Source: Candidatus Bathyarchaeota archaeon (lineage in GTDB: Archaea; Thermoproteota; Bathyarchaeia; 40CM-2-53-6; DTGE01). Taken from it: 64,000 nt of DNA. The stretch is taken from the NCBI GenBank assembly GCA_018396725.1, contig JAGTRC010000005.1:15149-79148 (forward strand), given 5' to 3'. Both the position numbers and the translations under genes were made by a program. The notes beneath the pieces were generated by a model. The model was given only the letters and a program-made list of their open reading frames with translations. It made no database searches and had not been told where the DNA came from. Below, piece by piece: positions 1 through 9,383 of the stretch. Numbering within the stretch: the stretch's first letter is position 1; each line of letters starts with the position of its first letter.

Positions 1-1
1 T

Positions 2-676
2 AAGCCCACCCTCCTAAACCTTTACCAGCTCCTGAACAGGAGGGCTCTAGCCAGGGTCCACGGCGTGGTGAAGGCGGGGAAGGAGTCCCGGATCTACTGG
101 GGAGAGACGCCCGATGGGAGGGAGGCCGCCATAAAGATATACCTGACCGTGAGCTCGGAGTTCAAGAAGGGGATGCTCAGCTACATCCTCGGGGATCCCA
201 GGTTCCCCAGGGTGAGGAGGGACGCCCGCACCTTGATCCAGCTTTGGGCTAGGAAGGAGTATAAGAACCTCTCAGCCGCCTATAAGGCGGGGGTGAGGGT
301 CCCCGAGCCCTTAACCGTGAAAGGCAACATCCTGGTGATGGAGTTCATAGGGGAGAAGGGGGTGCCGGCCCCCCTCCTAAGGGAGGCGTCGAATCTAAGG
401 ATGGAGGAGGCTTACAGGAGGATACTCGGCATGGTACGCGCCCTATACGATGGAGCGGGCCTCGTACACGCCGACCTCAGCGAATACAACGTGATGATTT
501 GGAGGGGCGAGCCGGTGTTCATAGACTTATCCCAGGCGGTCCATAGGGACCATCCCTCAGCCGAACCCTACCTGAGGAGGGACCTGGAGAACCTGAACAA
601 GTTCTTCTCCAGGAGGGGCGTTGAGGTCGTGGATGCCGGGGAGCTGACCCGGTGGGTGATGGGAGGCCATGAATAA
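2..676 (+). CDS. rio1: RIO1-family serine/threonine kinase (5' truncated by window edge)
   Basis: Frame open from nt 2 (KPTLLNLYQL...GVVKAGKES); AIKIY, VHADLSEYN and FIDLSQA kinase motifs; conserved context with KH and topo VI genes. Confidence 0.95.
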   Translation, partial: KPTLLNLYQLLNRRALARVHGVVKAGKESRIYWGETPDGREAAIKIYLTVSSEFKKGMLSYILGDPRFPRVRRDARTLIQLWARKEYKNLSAAYKAGVRVPEPLTVKGNILVMEFIGEKGVPAPLLREASNLRMEEAYRRILGMVRALYDGAGLVHADLSEYNVMIWRGEPVFIDLSQAVHRDHPSAEPYLRRDLENLNKFFSRRGVEVVDAGELTRWVMGGHE

Positions 677-1226
677 CAGGCTCTCATTCAATATACCCAG
701 GGAGAGGGTTGGGGTCCTCATAGGCCGGGGAGGAAGGGTTAAGGAGCATATAGAGGAGAGCCTCCGGGTAAACCTCAAGGTGGACGGCTCCCTGGGCGCC
801 GTGGAGGTTGAGGGCTCGGACTCCAATCCCATGAGCGTCTGGAGGGCTAGGGACGTCGTACTGGCCATAGGGAGGGGTTTCCCGCCGGAGAAGGCCTTCA
901 AGCTCCTCTCAAGCGATGAATACCTCCTGGACGTAATGGATCTGAGATCCATCCTTGGGAGATCCGAGAACGCTATAAGGAGGGTGAAGGGGAGGATCAT
1001 AGGCAGGGAAGGGAAGACCAGGAGGATAATCGAGGAGGTGGCGGGCGTGGACATCTCCGTATATGGACACACGGTCTCGATAATAGGCCTGTACGAGAAC
1101 ATCGTAATAGCAAGGGATGCGATTAAAATGCTTATAGAAGGTAAGACCCACGCCACAGTGTACAGGTTCCTCAGCGAGAGGAGGAGGGAGCTGAAGAAGC
1201 TTTCTAAGACGAAGCTCTGGGAATGA
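669..1226 (+). CDS. KH-domain rRNA-processing protein (Dim2/Pno1 family)
   Basis: Two GxxG KH motifs (IGRGG, IIGREGKTR), AIGRGF motif, follows rio1. Confidence 0.93.
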   Translation: MNNRLSFNIPRERVGVLIGRGGRVKEHIEESLRVNLKVDGSLGAVEVEGSDSNPMSVWRARDVVLAIGRGFPPEKAFKLLSSDEYLLDVMDLRSILGRSENAIRRVKGRIIGREGKTRRIIEEVAGVDISVYGHTVSIIGLYENIVIARDAIKMLIEGKTHATVYRFLSERRRELKKLSKTKLWE

Positions 1227-1249
1227 TCCCTTAAAGGGAGGTTTAGGAG

Positions 1250-2782
1250 TTGAGCTTGGAGGCCTTCCAGGAGATAAGCCCCGCAGACTTCTTCTACAGG
1301 AACAGGGACATAGCCGGCTTCACGAACCCCTCCAGGGCCCTATACTCGACTGTGAGGGAGCTGGTGGAGAACTCCCTGGACGCCTGCGAGACCAGCATGA
1401 TACCCCCGGACATCTACGTGAGGCTTAGACAACCAGTGGAGACGGAGAAGTACCCTACGACTTATGAGGTCAGGGTCAAGGACAACGGGTTGGGGGTACC
1501 CCCGGACGTCATACCGTCGGCCTTCGGCCAGGTCCTTTTCGGATCCAAGTACAGGCTTAGACAGGCCAGGGGGACCTTCGGCCTGGGCGTGAAGATGGCC
1601 CTCCTCTACGGGCAGATAACCACCCATTCAGCCACCAGGGTGGTCTCAGCCACCATCGGAAGCGACAAGATCCATGAATACACCCTCAACATGGATATAC
1701 AGAGCAATAAGCCCATAATCCTCGAGAGGAAGGTTAAACCCAACAATGGGGGATGGCATGGCACCATAGTGGAGTTCTCCACGGAAGGAGACTATCCGAG
1801 GGCCATGCCCAAGATAATAGAGTACCTCAGGCAGACCGCCATAGTAGCCCCATACGCGGATATAACCTTCGTGGACCCTAAGGGTCGAATATACAGGTTT
1901 GAAAGGGCGACCTCCAAGATGCCTAAGCCGCCCAAGGAGACGAAGCCCCACCCCGAGGGGGTGGACGTTGAAACCTTTAAGAGGCTCCTAGCCGCCTCCG
2001 AGGCTAAGACCCTGAGGGATTTCATGATGGAGAGCTTCCAGAGGATAGGGAGGAAGACCGCTGAAGCCTTCCTGGAGTACGCGGGGCTAGACCCTAAAAA
2101 AACGGTGGCCAGCCTCTCCCCTGAGGAGATACTCCTCATAGTGAACTCCATGAAGAGCTATGGGAGGTTCCTGCCACCCGACGCCTCATGCCTATCCCCC
2201 CTGGGGGAGGAGCTCCTGGAGGCCGGCATAAGGAAGGTCTTGAAGCCCGAGTTCGTAGCGGTCCACCAGAGACCAGCCGCATCCTATTCAGGCTATCCCT
2301 TCATAGTGGAGGTGGGGATAGCCTATGGTGGAGGGATCCCGAAGGAGGATAAAGTGGCGCTTCTAAGGTTCGCGAACAAGATACCCCTCCTGTTCGACGA
2401 GGCCAGCGACGTCTCATGGAAGGTGGTGAACAGCCTGGACTGGCGGAGATACAAGATCACCATGGATATGCCCATAGCGGTTATAACCCATCTATGCAGC
2501 ACGAAGATACCCTACAAGACCGTGGGGAAAGAGTACATAGCGGATCGGCCTGAGATCGAGAGGGAGATACTCTGCGGCTTAAGGGAGGTAGCCAGGAGGC
2601 TCTCCACATTCATATCCAAGAGGAGGAGCGTGGAGTTGGAGAGGAAGAGGCTGAACATATTCCTGAAGTATCTCCCGAAGCTCGCAAGCTTCTCCACCAG
2701 GCTTGCGGGGAAGAAGGAGGAACCCGACATAAAAAAGCTCCTAAGGAAGGTGTCGAGGCTTGTCCCCGTCGATGAGGGATAG
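1250..2782 (+). CDS. top6B: DNA topoisomerase VI subunit B
   Basis: GHKL motifs ELVENSLDA, DNGLG, RGTFGLG; RFANKIPLL; STKIPYKTVGKE. Confidence 0.97.
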   Translation: MSLEAFQEISPADFFYRNRDIAGFTNPSRALYSTVRELVENSLDACETSMIPPDIYVRLRQPVETEKYPTTYEVRVKDNGLGVPPDVIPSAFGQVLFGSKYRLRQARGTFGLGVKMALLYGQITTHSATRVVSATIGSDKIHEYTLNMDIQSNKPIILERKVKPNNGGWHGTIVEFSTEGDYPRAMPKIIEYLRQTAIVAPYADITFVDPKGRIYRFERATSKMPKPPKETKPHPEGVDVETFKRLLAASEAKTLRDFMMESFQRIGRKTAEAFLEYAGLDPKKTVASLSPEEILLIVNSMKSYGRFLPPDASCLSPLGEELLEAGIRKVLKPEFVAVHQRPAASYSGYPFIVEVGIAYGGGIPKEDKVALLRFANKIPLLFDEASDVSWKVVNSLDWRRYKITMDMPIAVITHLCSTKIPYKTVGKEYIADRPEIEREILCGLREVARRLSTFISKRRSVELERKRLNIFLKYLPKLASFSTRLAGKKEEPDIKKLLRKVSRLVPVDEG

Positions 2783-3848
2783 GAAGAGGAGGGTGGAGGA
2801 GGCCCTCATAAAGGTAGGCTCATCCATATATGAGCAGCTCAGGATGGGGAGCTTCCCATACGTTGAGCTCCCCAGCAGATCCACATCAAACATATACTAC
2901 GATGAGGAGTACAGGCAGTACATCCTAGGGGGTAGGAGGATCCGCCGGAGCTCCAGGAACATCCGGCATATAAGGCCTCTCACCCAGCTGGTATGGGCTG
3001 CCTACTTCGTGAAGGAGCTCACGGGGCAGGGTAAGACGAGCACCCTCAGGGACGTCTATTATTCAGCCCAGGCGTACGAGATGAACTTCAAGGACCAGCC
3101 GGAGAGCGACAACGTCCTCACGGACCTGGAGGCCCTGATAGGCCATCCAAGGGAGGACTTCAACGTATTCCCCGAGGAGAGGAGCGCCATATTCGGAGAC
3201 CTAACCATAGAGTACACGGTCCCAGGCTACGAGGGGCGGAGATTGAACCTGACGAGCCATCCGGACGGCGTCATGATAGGACCGGCCCTGACCAACGCGG
3301 AGTTCGTGGAATGCAAAGCCGACAAGGTTATAGCCGTGGAGAAGGGCGCTTTGTTCACCCGCTTCGTCGAGGAGAGGGTCCATGAGAGGTTTAACGCCAT
3401 ACTGGTTCAAACAGCAGGGCAGGCTCCCAGAGCCACCAGGGCCCTCATAAGGAGGTTGAACGTGGAGCTCAACCTCCCGGTGATAGTGCTCACGGACGGC
3501 GACCCATGGGGCATGCACATAGCCATGGTCATAATAAGCGGATCGGCCAACGCAGCCCACGTGAGGGAGCTCAACACCCCCGATGCGAAATGGATGGGGG
3601 TATGGGCCACCGATATAATCGAGTATAAGCTGCCCACCGACCCGTTGAACGACCTCGACATCAAGAGGCTCCACGAGCTCAGCAAGGACCCGAGATATAA
3701 GGATCCATTGTGGAGGAGGGAGATAAACGCCTTCCTAAAGATAAAGAGGAAGGCGGAGCAGGAGGCCTTCAGCAGATACGGCCTCACATTCATAGTGGAT
3801 GAGTACCTGCCAGCCAAGATAGAGGAATTCGACAAGGAGACGGGTTGA
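2772..3848 (+). CDS. top6A: DNA topoisomerase VI subunit A
   Basis: STLRDVYY catalytic Tyr region, Toprim AVEK and TDGDPWG, KAEQEA; ATG at 2772 overlaps the top6B end. Confidence 0.97.
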   Translation: MRDRKRRVEEALIKVGSSIYEQLRMGSFPYVELPSRSTSNIYYDEEYRQYILGGRRIRRSSRNIRHIRPLTQLVWAAYFVKELTGQGKTSTLRDVYYSAQAYEMNFKDQPESDNVLTDLEALIGHPREDFNVFPEERSAIFGDLTIEYTVPGYEGRRLNLTSHPDGVMIGPALTNAEFVECKADKVIAVEKGALFTRFVEERVHERFNAILVQTAGQAPRATRALIRRLNVELNLPVIVLTDGDPWGMHIAMVIISGSANAAHVRELNTPDAKWMGVWATDIIEYKLPTDPLNDLDIKRLHELSKDPRYKDPLWRREINAFLKIKRKAEQEAFSRYGLTFIVDEYLPAKIEEFDKETG

Positions 3849-4088
3849 ACCACTGCAGGGCCCCACGGGTTCTCATACTCCTCCCTCGAAGCCTTCGGAA
3901 TGGGGATGAACAATTGATGTACAGCGCAGAATATGCCGTGTGACGATTCCATCGCGGTCCTCAGCTCAATGAGGCATGCCGGAGCTCCTTGATCCGTGGG
4001 GGGACGCCGATGCAGGGATGCGTTCACCGAGGGTGGGCTGAAAGCCGCCGGGGATTACGGGATCATTCATAGATGCTCGGGACTTCGT

Positions 4089-5876
4089 CTATTCAGCAAT
4101 GTAAGTGTAGTATTCACCGCGCTCCCTTTGGATCCTATCCATCCTGCTTCCAGGCTTGTTCGCTCTTAGACGGCCTGAGTCAGGATCCCTCCTGAAGGTG
4201 ACATCCATCTCCTTTAGGAACTGGTTTATCCCCTCGCCGAACGGTAATGGGGGGTTCGCCACCCCGATAACCCCTGGGGTGCCCTGGAATATCATGACGG
4301 CGTCGGCGAGCATGTGGGCCGCGGTCAGGTCGTGCTCCACGACGAACGCGTATTTCCCCCTCTCCTCGACTATTTCACGTATGATCTTCGAGACCGTGAG
4401 CCTCTCCTCCACGTCCAGGTATGCGCTGGGCTCGTCGATGAGGTAGATGTCGGCGTCCCTGAGGATGCAGGCGGCTACGGCGACCTTCTGCAACTCCCCC
4501 CCGCTCAGCTGGCCTACCCTCTTATCCAGGAGGAAGGTTAGATTCAACGGTTCAAGTATCTTCTCTTTGAATACATCCCTGAGATCCGCCGCTATCTCCA
4601 CGTGGCTGAGGAGCTCCCCGGTCGTGCCCTCGTATCGGGAGTATATGTGCTGGGGCTTATAGGCGATCCTGAGCCATTTTGAGGGCAATCGCTCCTCCCC
4701 GGAGGGGAGCAGCCCAGCTATCAACTTGATGAACGTGGTCTTGCCTATGCCGTTGGGTCCCAGTATGACCATTATCTCGCCGGATCTCACGTCTCCACCC
4801 TCGACCTTCAGGGAGAAGCCGTCGTAGGAGAAGTTCATCTCGGGCCAGTCTATCCCAGGGCTTTTATCTCGAACTTTAGGACTCACCGCATGGAACCTTA
4901 TGCTATCCCTCCTAAACCTCACGTTCTCATCGGGTATGTACCCGTCCAGGTAAACGTTTATCCCCTGCCTCGATCCATGGACGTGGGATACTATCCCGTA
5001 GACCCCCGGCTCACCGTATAGGATGCATACTTGATCTGAAAGGTAGTCGAGCATCACCAGGTCGTGCTCGGATACTATAACGGTCTTCCCATGATCCACC
5101 AAGCTTCTGATCGCCTTGGAGGCCCTGATCCTCTGATATACATCTAGGTGGCTGCTGGGCTCATCGAATATGTATACGTCGCCTTCCCGGCATATGCTCA
5201 GGGCTAGGGCCACCCTTTGAAGCTCGCCCCCGCTGAGAACCTCCAGGCGCTTATCCATGAGGCCGGCGACATCCAGCATCTCCAACACCCCCTTGGAGCC
5301 CGGCGATGGATCGTCCAGGTCATCCATGAGCTCCGAGGCCTTCAAGCTCGTATCCGAGAAGAGGTCGAGCAGGTTCTGGGGCTTGACGACCACCCTCAGC
5401 TTCCCCGCGCTTAGATCCCTGAAGTAGTTCTGGAGGAGGGAGCCCCTGAACCTCCTTATGACGGCGTCCCAGGAGGGGGGTGAACCCCACTCGCCCAGGT
5501 TGGGCTTCACGTAGCCGGATAATATCCGGAGCGCCGTGGTCTTGCCTATGCCGTTCTTTCCTATCAACCCGGTTATGAAGCCCCTCTTAGGGATGGGCAG
5601 CCTGTAAAGCTTGAAGGAGTTGGGGCCGTAGCGGTGGACGCACTCCCCCTCCAACTCCTCAGGTATATTCGTAACCTTGACCGCGTGGAAGGGACACTTC
5701 TTCACGCATATGCCGCATCCTGAGCACAGCTCCTCCACTATCAAGGGGAGGCCCCTCTCCTCATCCATCCTTATGGCTTCGACTCGGCTCCTCACCATGG
5801 GGCAGAAGCTTATACAGGGCCTCGTACAATCCTTAGGCCTGCAACGATCCGCATCTATCACCGCAACCCTACCCAA
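4089..5876 (-). CDS. rli: Ribosome recycling ATPase ABCE1/RLI
   Basis: N-terminal 2x[4Fe-4S] Cys pattern, two NBDs (GKNGIGKTT, GPNGIGKTT, LSGGELQ), C-terminal TFRRDPDSGRLRANKPGS. Confidence 0.97.
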   Translation of the reverse strand: MGRVAVIDADRCRPKDCTRPCISFCPMVRSRVEAIRMDEERGLPLIVEELCSGCGICVKKCPFHAVKVTNIPEELEGECVHRYGPNSFKLYRLPIPKRGFITGLIGKNGIGKTTALRILSGYVKPNLGEWGSPPSWDAVIRRFRGSLLQNYFRDLSAGKLRVVVKPQNLLDLFSDTSLKASELMDDLDDPSPGSKGVLEMLDVAGLMDKRLEVLSGGELQRVALALSICREGDVYIFDEPSSHLDVYQRIRASKAIRSLVDHGKTVIVSEHDLVMLDYLSDQVCILYGEPGVYGIVSHVHGSRQGINVYLDGYIPDENVRFRRDSIRFHAVSPKVRDKSPGIDWPEMNFSYDGFSLKVEGGDVRSGEIMVILGPNGIGKTTFIKLIAGLLPSGEERLPSKWLRIAYKPQHIYSRYEGTTGELLSHVEIAADLRDVFKEKILEPLNLTFLLDKRVGQLSGGELQKVAVAACILRDADIYLIDEPSAYLDVEERLTVSKIIREIVEERGKYAFVVEHDLTAAHMLADAVMIFQGTPGVIGVANPPLPFGEGINQFLKEMDVTFRRDPDSGRLRANKPGSRMDRIQRERGEYYTYIAE

Positions 5877-6008
5877 GGCAGCCTCACCTCGAAAGAGGTA
5901 TCCGAGACAGGTTCAACCCGTCGAAAAGGACATCGGATTAATGGAAAAGAGAAAAGACCTATATAAATAAATAGGGGGGATTCAACCCCGAGGAGGCTTC
6001 AGGACCCC

Positions 6009-6071
6009 TCACCACTCCTCCTCCTCGACCTCCTCTTCCTCCCACTCCTCCTCCCATTCCTCCTCGCTCAA
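6009..6071 (-). CDS. Putative 20-aa acidic microprotein MSEEEWEEEWEEEEVEEEEW
   Basis: Read by hand: TTG start at 6071, TGA at 6011-6009, GGAGGAGG SD 6 nt upstream, T-rich TATA-like box at about 6122-6129, T-rich tract downstream (about 5945-5972). Confidence 0.6.
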   Translation of the reverse strand: MSEEEWEEEWEEEEVEEEEW

Positions 6072-6396
6072 GCAAAGCCTCCTCCATCAACATGCGGGAG
6101 ATAATATTAGAAATCGAATAGTAAAAAAAGGTTGCGGCTGGAACCTTTAAAACCGGCGGGATGGGGATCCACCCCGGGAAATTCAGCATCTTATAAACAT
6201 GCCGAGCTGGCGTCCATGATCGATCCAATATTCCTCCCCGGCCCCTCCTCGCCATCCAGCAAGCTCCCCCTTTAGGCGCCCTCGGATCCCCTACAGCGTG
6301 TCGTGTAGGGCGCCCAGCCGCTATACTAGTGGCTTCCAACCCAACCCTGTAGCTGCCTTAAACATCCACTCCAGTCGACGGGGACCTCACCTCTTA

Positions 6397-6433
6397 AACG
6401 TTTATATGTTTCATATACATAAATTGTATACAA
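6397..6433 (+). promoter_or_regulatory. TATA box with palindromic operator-like sites of a vapBC operon
   Basis: TTTATAT followed by TATATG-TTT-CATATA inverted repeat and TTGTATACAA palindrome directly before the antitoxin start. Confidence 0.55.
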
Positions 6434-6667
6434 GTGGTGTTTATGAGCTCCACCGTCAGCATAAGGGTGCCTAGAAGGGTTAAGGAGCTCCTCCAGGAGC
6501 TGAACATAGACTGGTACGGTAAAGTCAAGGAATACCTTGAGGAGCTCATAAAGGAGGAGCTGAGGAACCGGATACTAAACGAAGCCGACGAGATTAGGAG
6601 CTCCATAGGAGCGGAGACCAGCCCAGCCGCCAAGCTCATACGCGAGGATAGAGAGAATGCCCGCTGA
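6434..6667 (+). CDS. VapB/CcdA-like antitoxin
   Basis: STVSIRVP RHH-like N-terminus, C-terminal LIREDRE, overlaps the downstream PIN gene. Confidence 0.85.
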   Translation: MVFMSSTVSIRVPRRVKELLQELNIDWYGKVKEYLEELIKEELRNRILNEADEIRSSIGAETSPAAKLIREDRENAR

Positions 6668-7079
6668 AGCTGTCCTCGACGCCTCCGCGATAGCGGCCCT
6701 CTACACGCCCGAGGCGCATAGCGGATGGGTCAGAGACGCCGTTCGGAGGCACCGTAGATTCCACATCCTGGACCTAACCTTCTACGAGGTCTCCAACGCC
6801 CTATGGAAGAAACTCCTCCTAAGGGAGATGAAAGGCAGCGAAATGGACAGGGCGCTTAGGGGAGCCTGGAAGTTCATGGACACCCTCTGCCTCACCCACA
6901 GCCACAAGGAGGTTAGGGAGAGATCCCTAGAGGCCTCCATCAGATATGCCTTGACGATCTACGACTCATCATACCTCGCCCTTGCCGAAAATCTAGGCGT
7001 GAAACTCATAACCGTCGATATGGACCTCCATGAGAGGCTAAGGGAAACCCCCCTGGACAGGATGCTAGTTCATCCCTGA
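6657..7079 (+). CDS. VapC PIN-domain toxin
   Basis: VLDASA, YEVSNALWK, TIYDSSYLALA, LITVD. Confidence 0.92.
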   Translation: MPAEAVLDASAIAALYTPEAHSGWVRDAVRRHRRFHILDLTFYEVSNALWKKLLLREMKGSEMDRALRGAWKFMDTLCLTHSHKEVRERSLEASIRYALTIYDSSYLALAENLGVKLITVDMDLHERLRETPLDRMLVHP

Positions 7080-7256
7080 AAGGCCCGGAATGAGCGGAAG
7101 CGGGTGAGCCTCATCCCTGCAAGGTCTCCGGCCCACGTTGCCTCCTCCCCTTCCATCTTCGGCGAAGGCCCTAAGCATCTCCCTGAAATGCCGGGGATGC
7201 CAGCCGGGGAACCGAGCTGGAGGATCCCTTAATCGGGGATCTTAAGCCTTAGGATC

Positions 7257-8174
7257 CTATCGATCCATCGCGCCCCTCCACCCAACCAATTTAACGGTCG
7301 CCTCATCCCCCTCCCTCAAGCTCATCCTCCCGATCTCTAACGGTATCAGCTTCACATATCTATCGTTCATGTATACGCTGAGGCCCCTGTAGGGTTCGCC
7401 GTTCACGCTAACCCTCACCCTTTCACACTTGAAGTGGAGATATCCCCTCCTATAATAGTCGGGGAACGCGTCGACCCCTAGAATTTTCAGATGTGCCCCC
7501 TCGGGTTTTCCTCCCCTCCCTATGGCTGCGCAGTGTCCATAGTGGGGTATCCCTCCCTCCAGGTATCCGGTGAAGCCCTCTAGGCTGAGCTGAACCGGGG
7601 AGGCTAGGCCGGGGGTACCTCCAGGGGCCCTCAACAATGCATATCTCTCGTTCGCCTCCTCGACTCTTAAGGTCGTGAGGCTGGGCTCACCCCCCTCCTC
7701 GGGTGGGTTGAAGATCAACTTCTCCGTTAAGGCTTTCAGGTCCAGCTCGAAGCCTCCCCTAGCCCTCAGGGGATCCATGGCAGGCCTAACCTCCACGTGG
7801 ATGTGGGGGTCGGTCCAGAAATCGTAGAATGGGCTCCAAACGATCCATCCGAGGCCTTCCCCGACCCCAACCTTATCGCCGGGTTTCAAGCCCAGCCCCG
7901 GTTCCACGTGGAGCATCTTCACGGAGACGTTAGGGTCATCCAGGGATTCCAATACGATGGCGTGGTCTCTGCCCTGGGATATGGCCTTCACAAATTTGAC
8001 CTTGCCTTCTACGGGGGATAAGGCTTCAAGCGTTCCCCTCGGCGGATAGATGTCCACGGCTGAAAGCCTCCTGTGGGCGTAATAGGGGCTATTAGTGAAG
8101 CTGAAGAAGCCGTTTCCATAGCCGTAGACCTCGACGCCCTTCGCTTCAGCTATTTCGATCATGCTTCCCGGCAC
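7257..8174 (-). CDS. Conserved archaeal hypothetical protein with M23 peptidase-like motifs
   Basis: AHRRLSAVDIY, SPVEGKV, HVEP..GDKV..GEGLG, PHIHVEV resemble the M23 HxxxD...HxH layout. Confidence 0.55.
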   Translation of the reverse strand: MPGSMIEIAEAKGVEVYGYGNGFFSFTNSPYYAHRRLSAVDIYPPRGTLEALSPVEGKVKFVKAISQGRDHAIVLESLDDPNVSVKMLHVEPGLGLKPGDKVGVGEGLGWIVWSPFYDFWTDPHIHVEVRPAMDPLRARGGFELDLKALTEKLIFNPPEEGGEPSLTTLRVEEANERYALLRAPGGTPGLASPVQLSLEGFTGYLEGGIPHYGHCAAIGRGGKPEGAHLKILGVDAFPDYYRRGYLHFKCERVRVSVNGEPYRGLSVYMNDRYVKLIPLEIGRMSLREGDEATVKLVGWRGAMDR

Positions 8175-8437
8175 CCTTCGATTTTCTAGCCGACCCGTCG
8201 ATCCATGATGTATCCCCTAATGCAGATATCGATCCCTATGTGGGCCAGGTGGAAGAGTGGAGTGGCGCCCATGCCCCGGCAGTACCCTTCTCGGACCCAT
8301 CCTTGATGGATGTCGATTCCGCTGGAGGACTTCACCGCCGCATCCCACACGCCGTTTATTTATGGCTCGATGATCAATCACCGTGTAACCCTCGAGTTAA
8401 ACCTTAACTTACTGGGCATAGCCTTGACTGCGAATGC

Positions 8438-8456
8438 TTATATAGGGTATTACCCT
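8438..8456 (+). promoter_or_regulatory. TATA box plus perfect inverted repeat (autoregulatory operator)
   Basis: TTATATA then AGGGTA-T-TACCCT, 20 nt before the antitoxin ATG. Confidence 0.55.
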
Positions 8457-8476
8457 GTTTAGATGTTGATGTTGAG

Positions 8477-8797
8477 ATGTATGACTTGATGGATCGTATT
8501 ATGGATGAATTGTCGAAGGGTCCAGTGACCCCGGACGAGATAGCCAAGAGTTTAGGTATAGCGTGGTCCACCGCTCAAGGCTGTCTGATGAGGCTTGTAG
8601 GAGAGGGCAAGGCGGGCTTAGCGAGGAAGGGGAGGGTGAACGTCTTCTACTTGAAAGCCCCCCGCCAACTCAGGTTCAGCGTGCCGCCGTGGGTTAAAGT
8701 TAGAAGCCTCAGGGAGCTCTCCGGAGAGTTGGAGATGTATCTTCCGGAGGAACCATGTGCAGCGGAGATGGTGAGGGCGGAGAGAGAAAAGTATTGA
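8477..8797 (+). CDS. Winged-helix antitoxin / transcriptional regulator
   Basis: HTH TPDEIAKSLGIAWSTAQ, antitoxin-like tail AAEMVRAERE, TTGA overlap with the PIN gene. Confidence 0.8.
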   Translation: MYDLMDRIMDELSKGPVTPDEIAKSLGIAWSTAQGCLMRLVGEGKAGLARKGRVNVFYLKAPRQLRFSVPPWVKVRSLRELSGELEMYLPEEPCAAEMVRAEREKY

Positions 8798-9282
8798 GGC
8801 TAGGCGTGGACACGAGTGTTTTAGTCGCCTCAGTGAAGAGGAGGGGCGAGAAATTCCACGGCTCCACATTGCAGCTGAGCGACATCATTAAGGATAGGGG
8901 CCTCCGCGCGGTAGCATCGTCCCTCACGTTAATAGAATTGCCGGGGGCCCTGGCCTCGACCACCATGCCAGTCGAGAAAATTTTTGAAGTAGAGTCCTCA
9001 ATACAGGAAAACTTTAACTTATACATCCCATCCTACGAAGAATACATCGATAAAACGGTCGAATTAATGATGGAGTTCCGAGACCTGAAGAGATCCCTAA
9101 AGATAGGGGCAGCGGACTTCCACCACCTCGCGACATCCATCAAGGAAAAATGCGAATTCTTCGTAACAGTCGATGAAAACCATCTACTGAGACCCGAGGT
9201 TAAACAAGCCCTCCAAAAGTACGTGGCGATCCTCAATCCGGAAGAAGCCCTTAAAACGCTGATGAACTCCGATCCAGAATAA
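8794..9282 (+). CDS. PIN-domain toxin
   Basis: TTG start at 8794 (RLGVDTSVLV), LIEL, GAADFHHLATS, FFVTVD. Confidence 0.88.
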   Translation: MRLGVDTSVLVASVKRRGEKFHGSTLQLSDIIKDRGLRAVASSLTLIELPGALASTTMPVEKIFEVESSIQENFNLYIPSYEEYIDKTVELMMEFRDLKRSLKIGAADFHHLATSIKEKCEFFVTVDENHLLRPEVKQALQKYVAILNPEEALKTLMNSDPE

Positions 9283-9383
9283 ACACGGCCCAGGGAGGAA
9301 CGGGATAAAACGGGAGCCATAAATCATTAATTATTTACCGGGGGGAATTCAAAAACCACCCTTATAAATATGAGGGAGTAAAT

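Noticed and set aside
3880-3910. GAA-containing hairpin resembling an archaeal SECIS after the top6A UGA
   Set aside because: Apical stem imperfect, read-through gives no meaningful peptide, and no in-frame UGA selenoprotein is seen nearby
3903-3972. Possible C/D box sRNA (GGGATGA, GTGACGA)
   Set aside because: No CTGA D boxes and the guide spacings are too long
5959-6339. 126-aa minus-strand ORF with a GGRGGRGGG tract
   Set aside because: It crosses AT-rich promoter sequence and the strong SD fits the overlapping Glu/Trp frame better; the short version from ATG 6093 remains the alternative hypothesis
6341-6352. 12-mer CCAACCCTGTAG shared with 35346-35357
   Set aside because: Flanks do not align, and 12-mer matches are expected by chance in 64 kb
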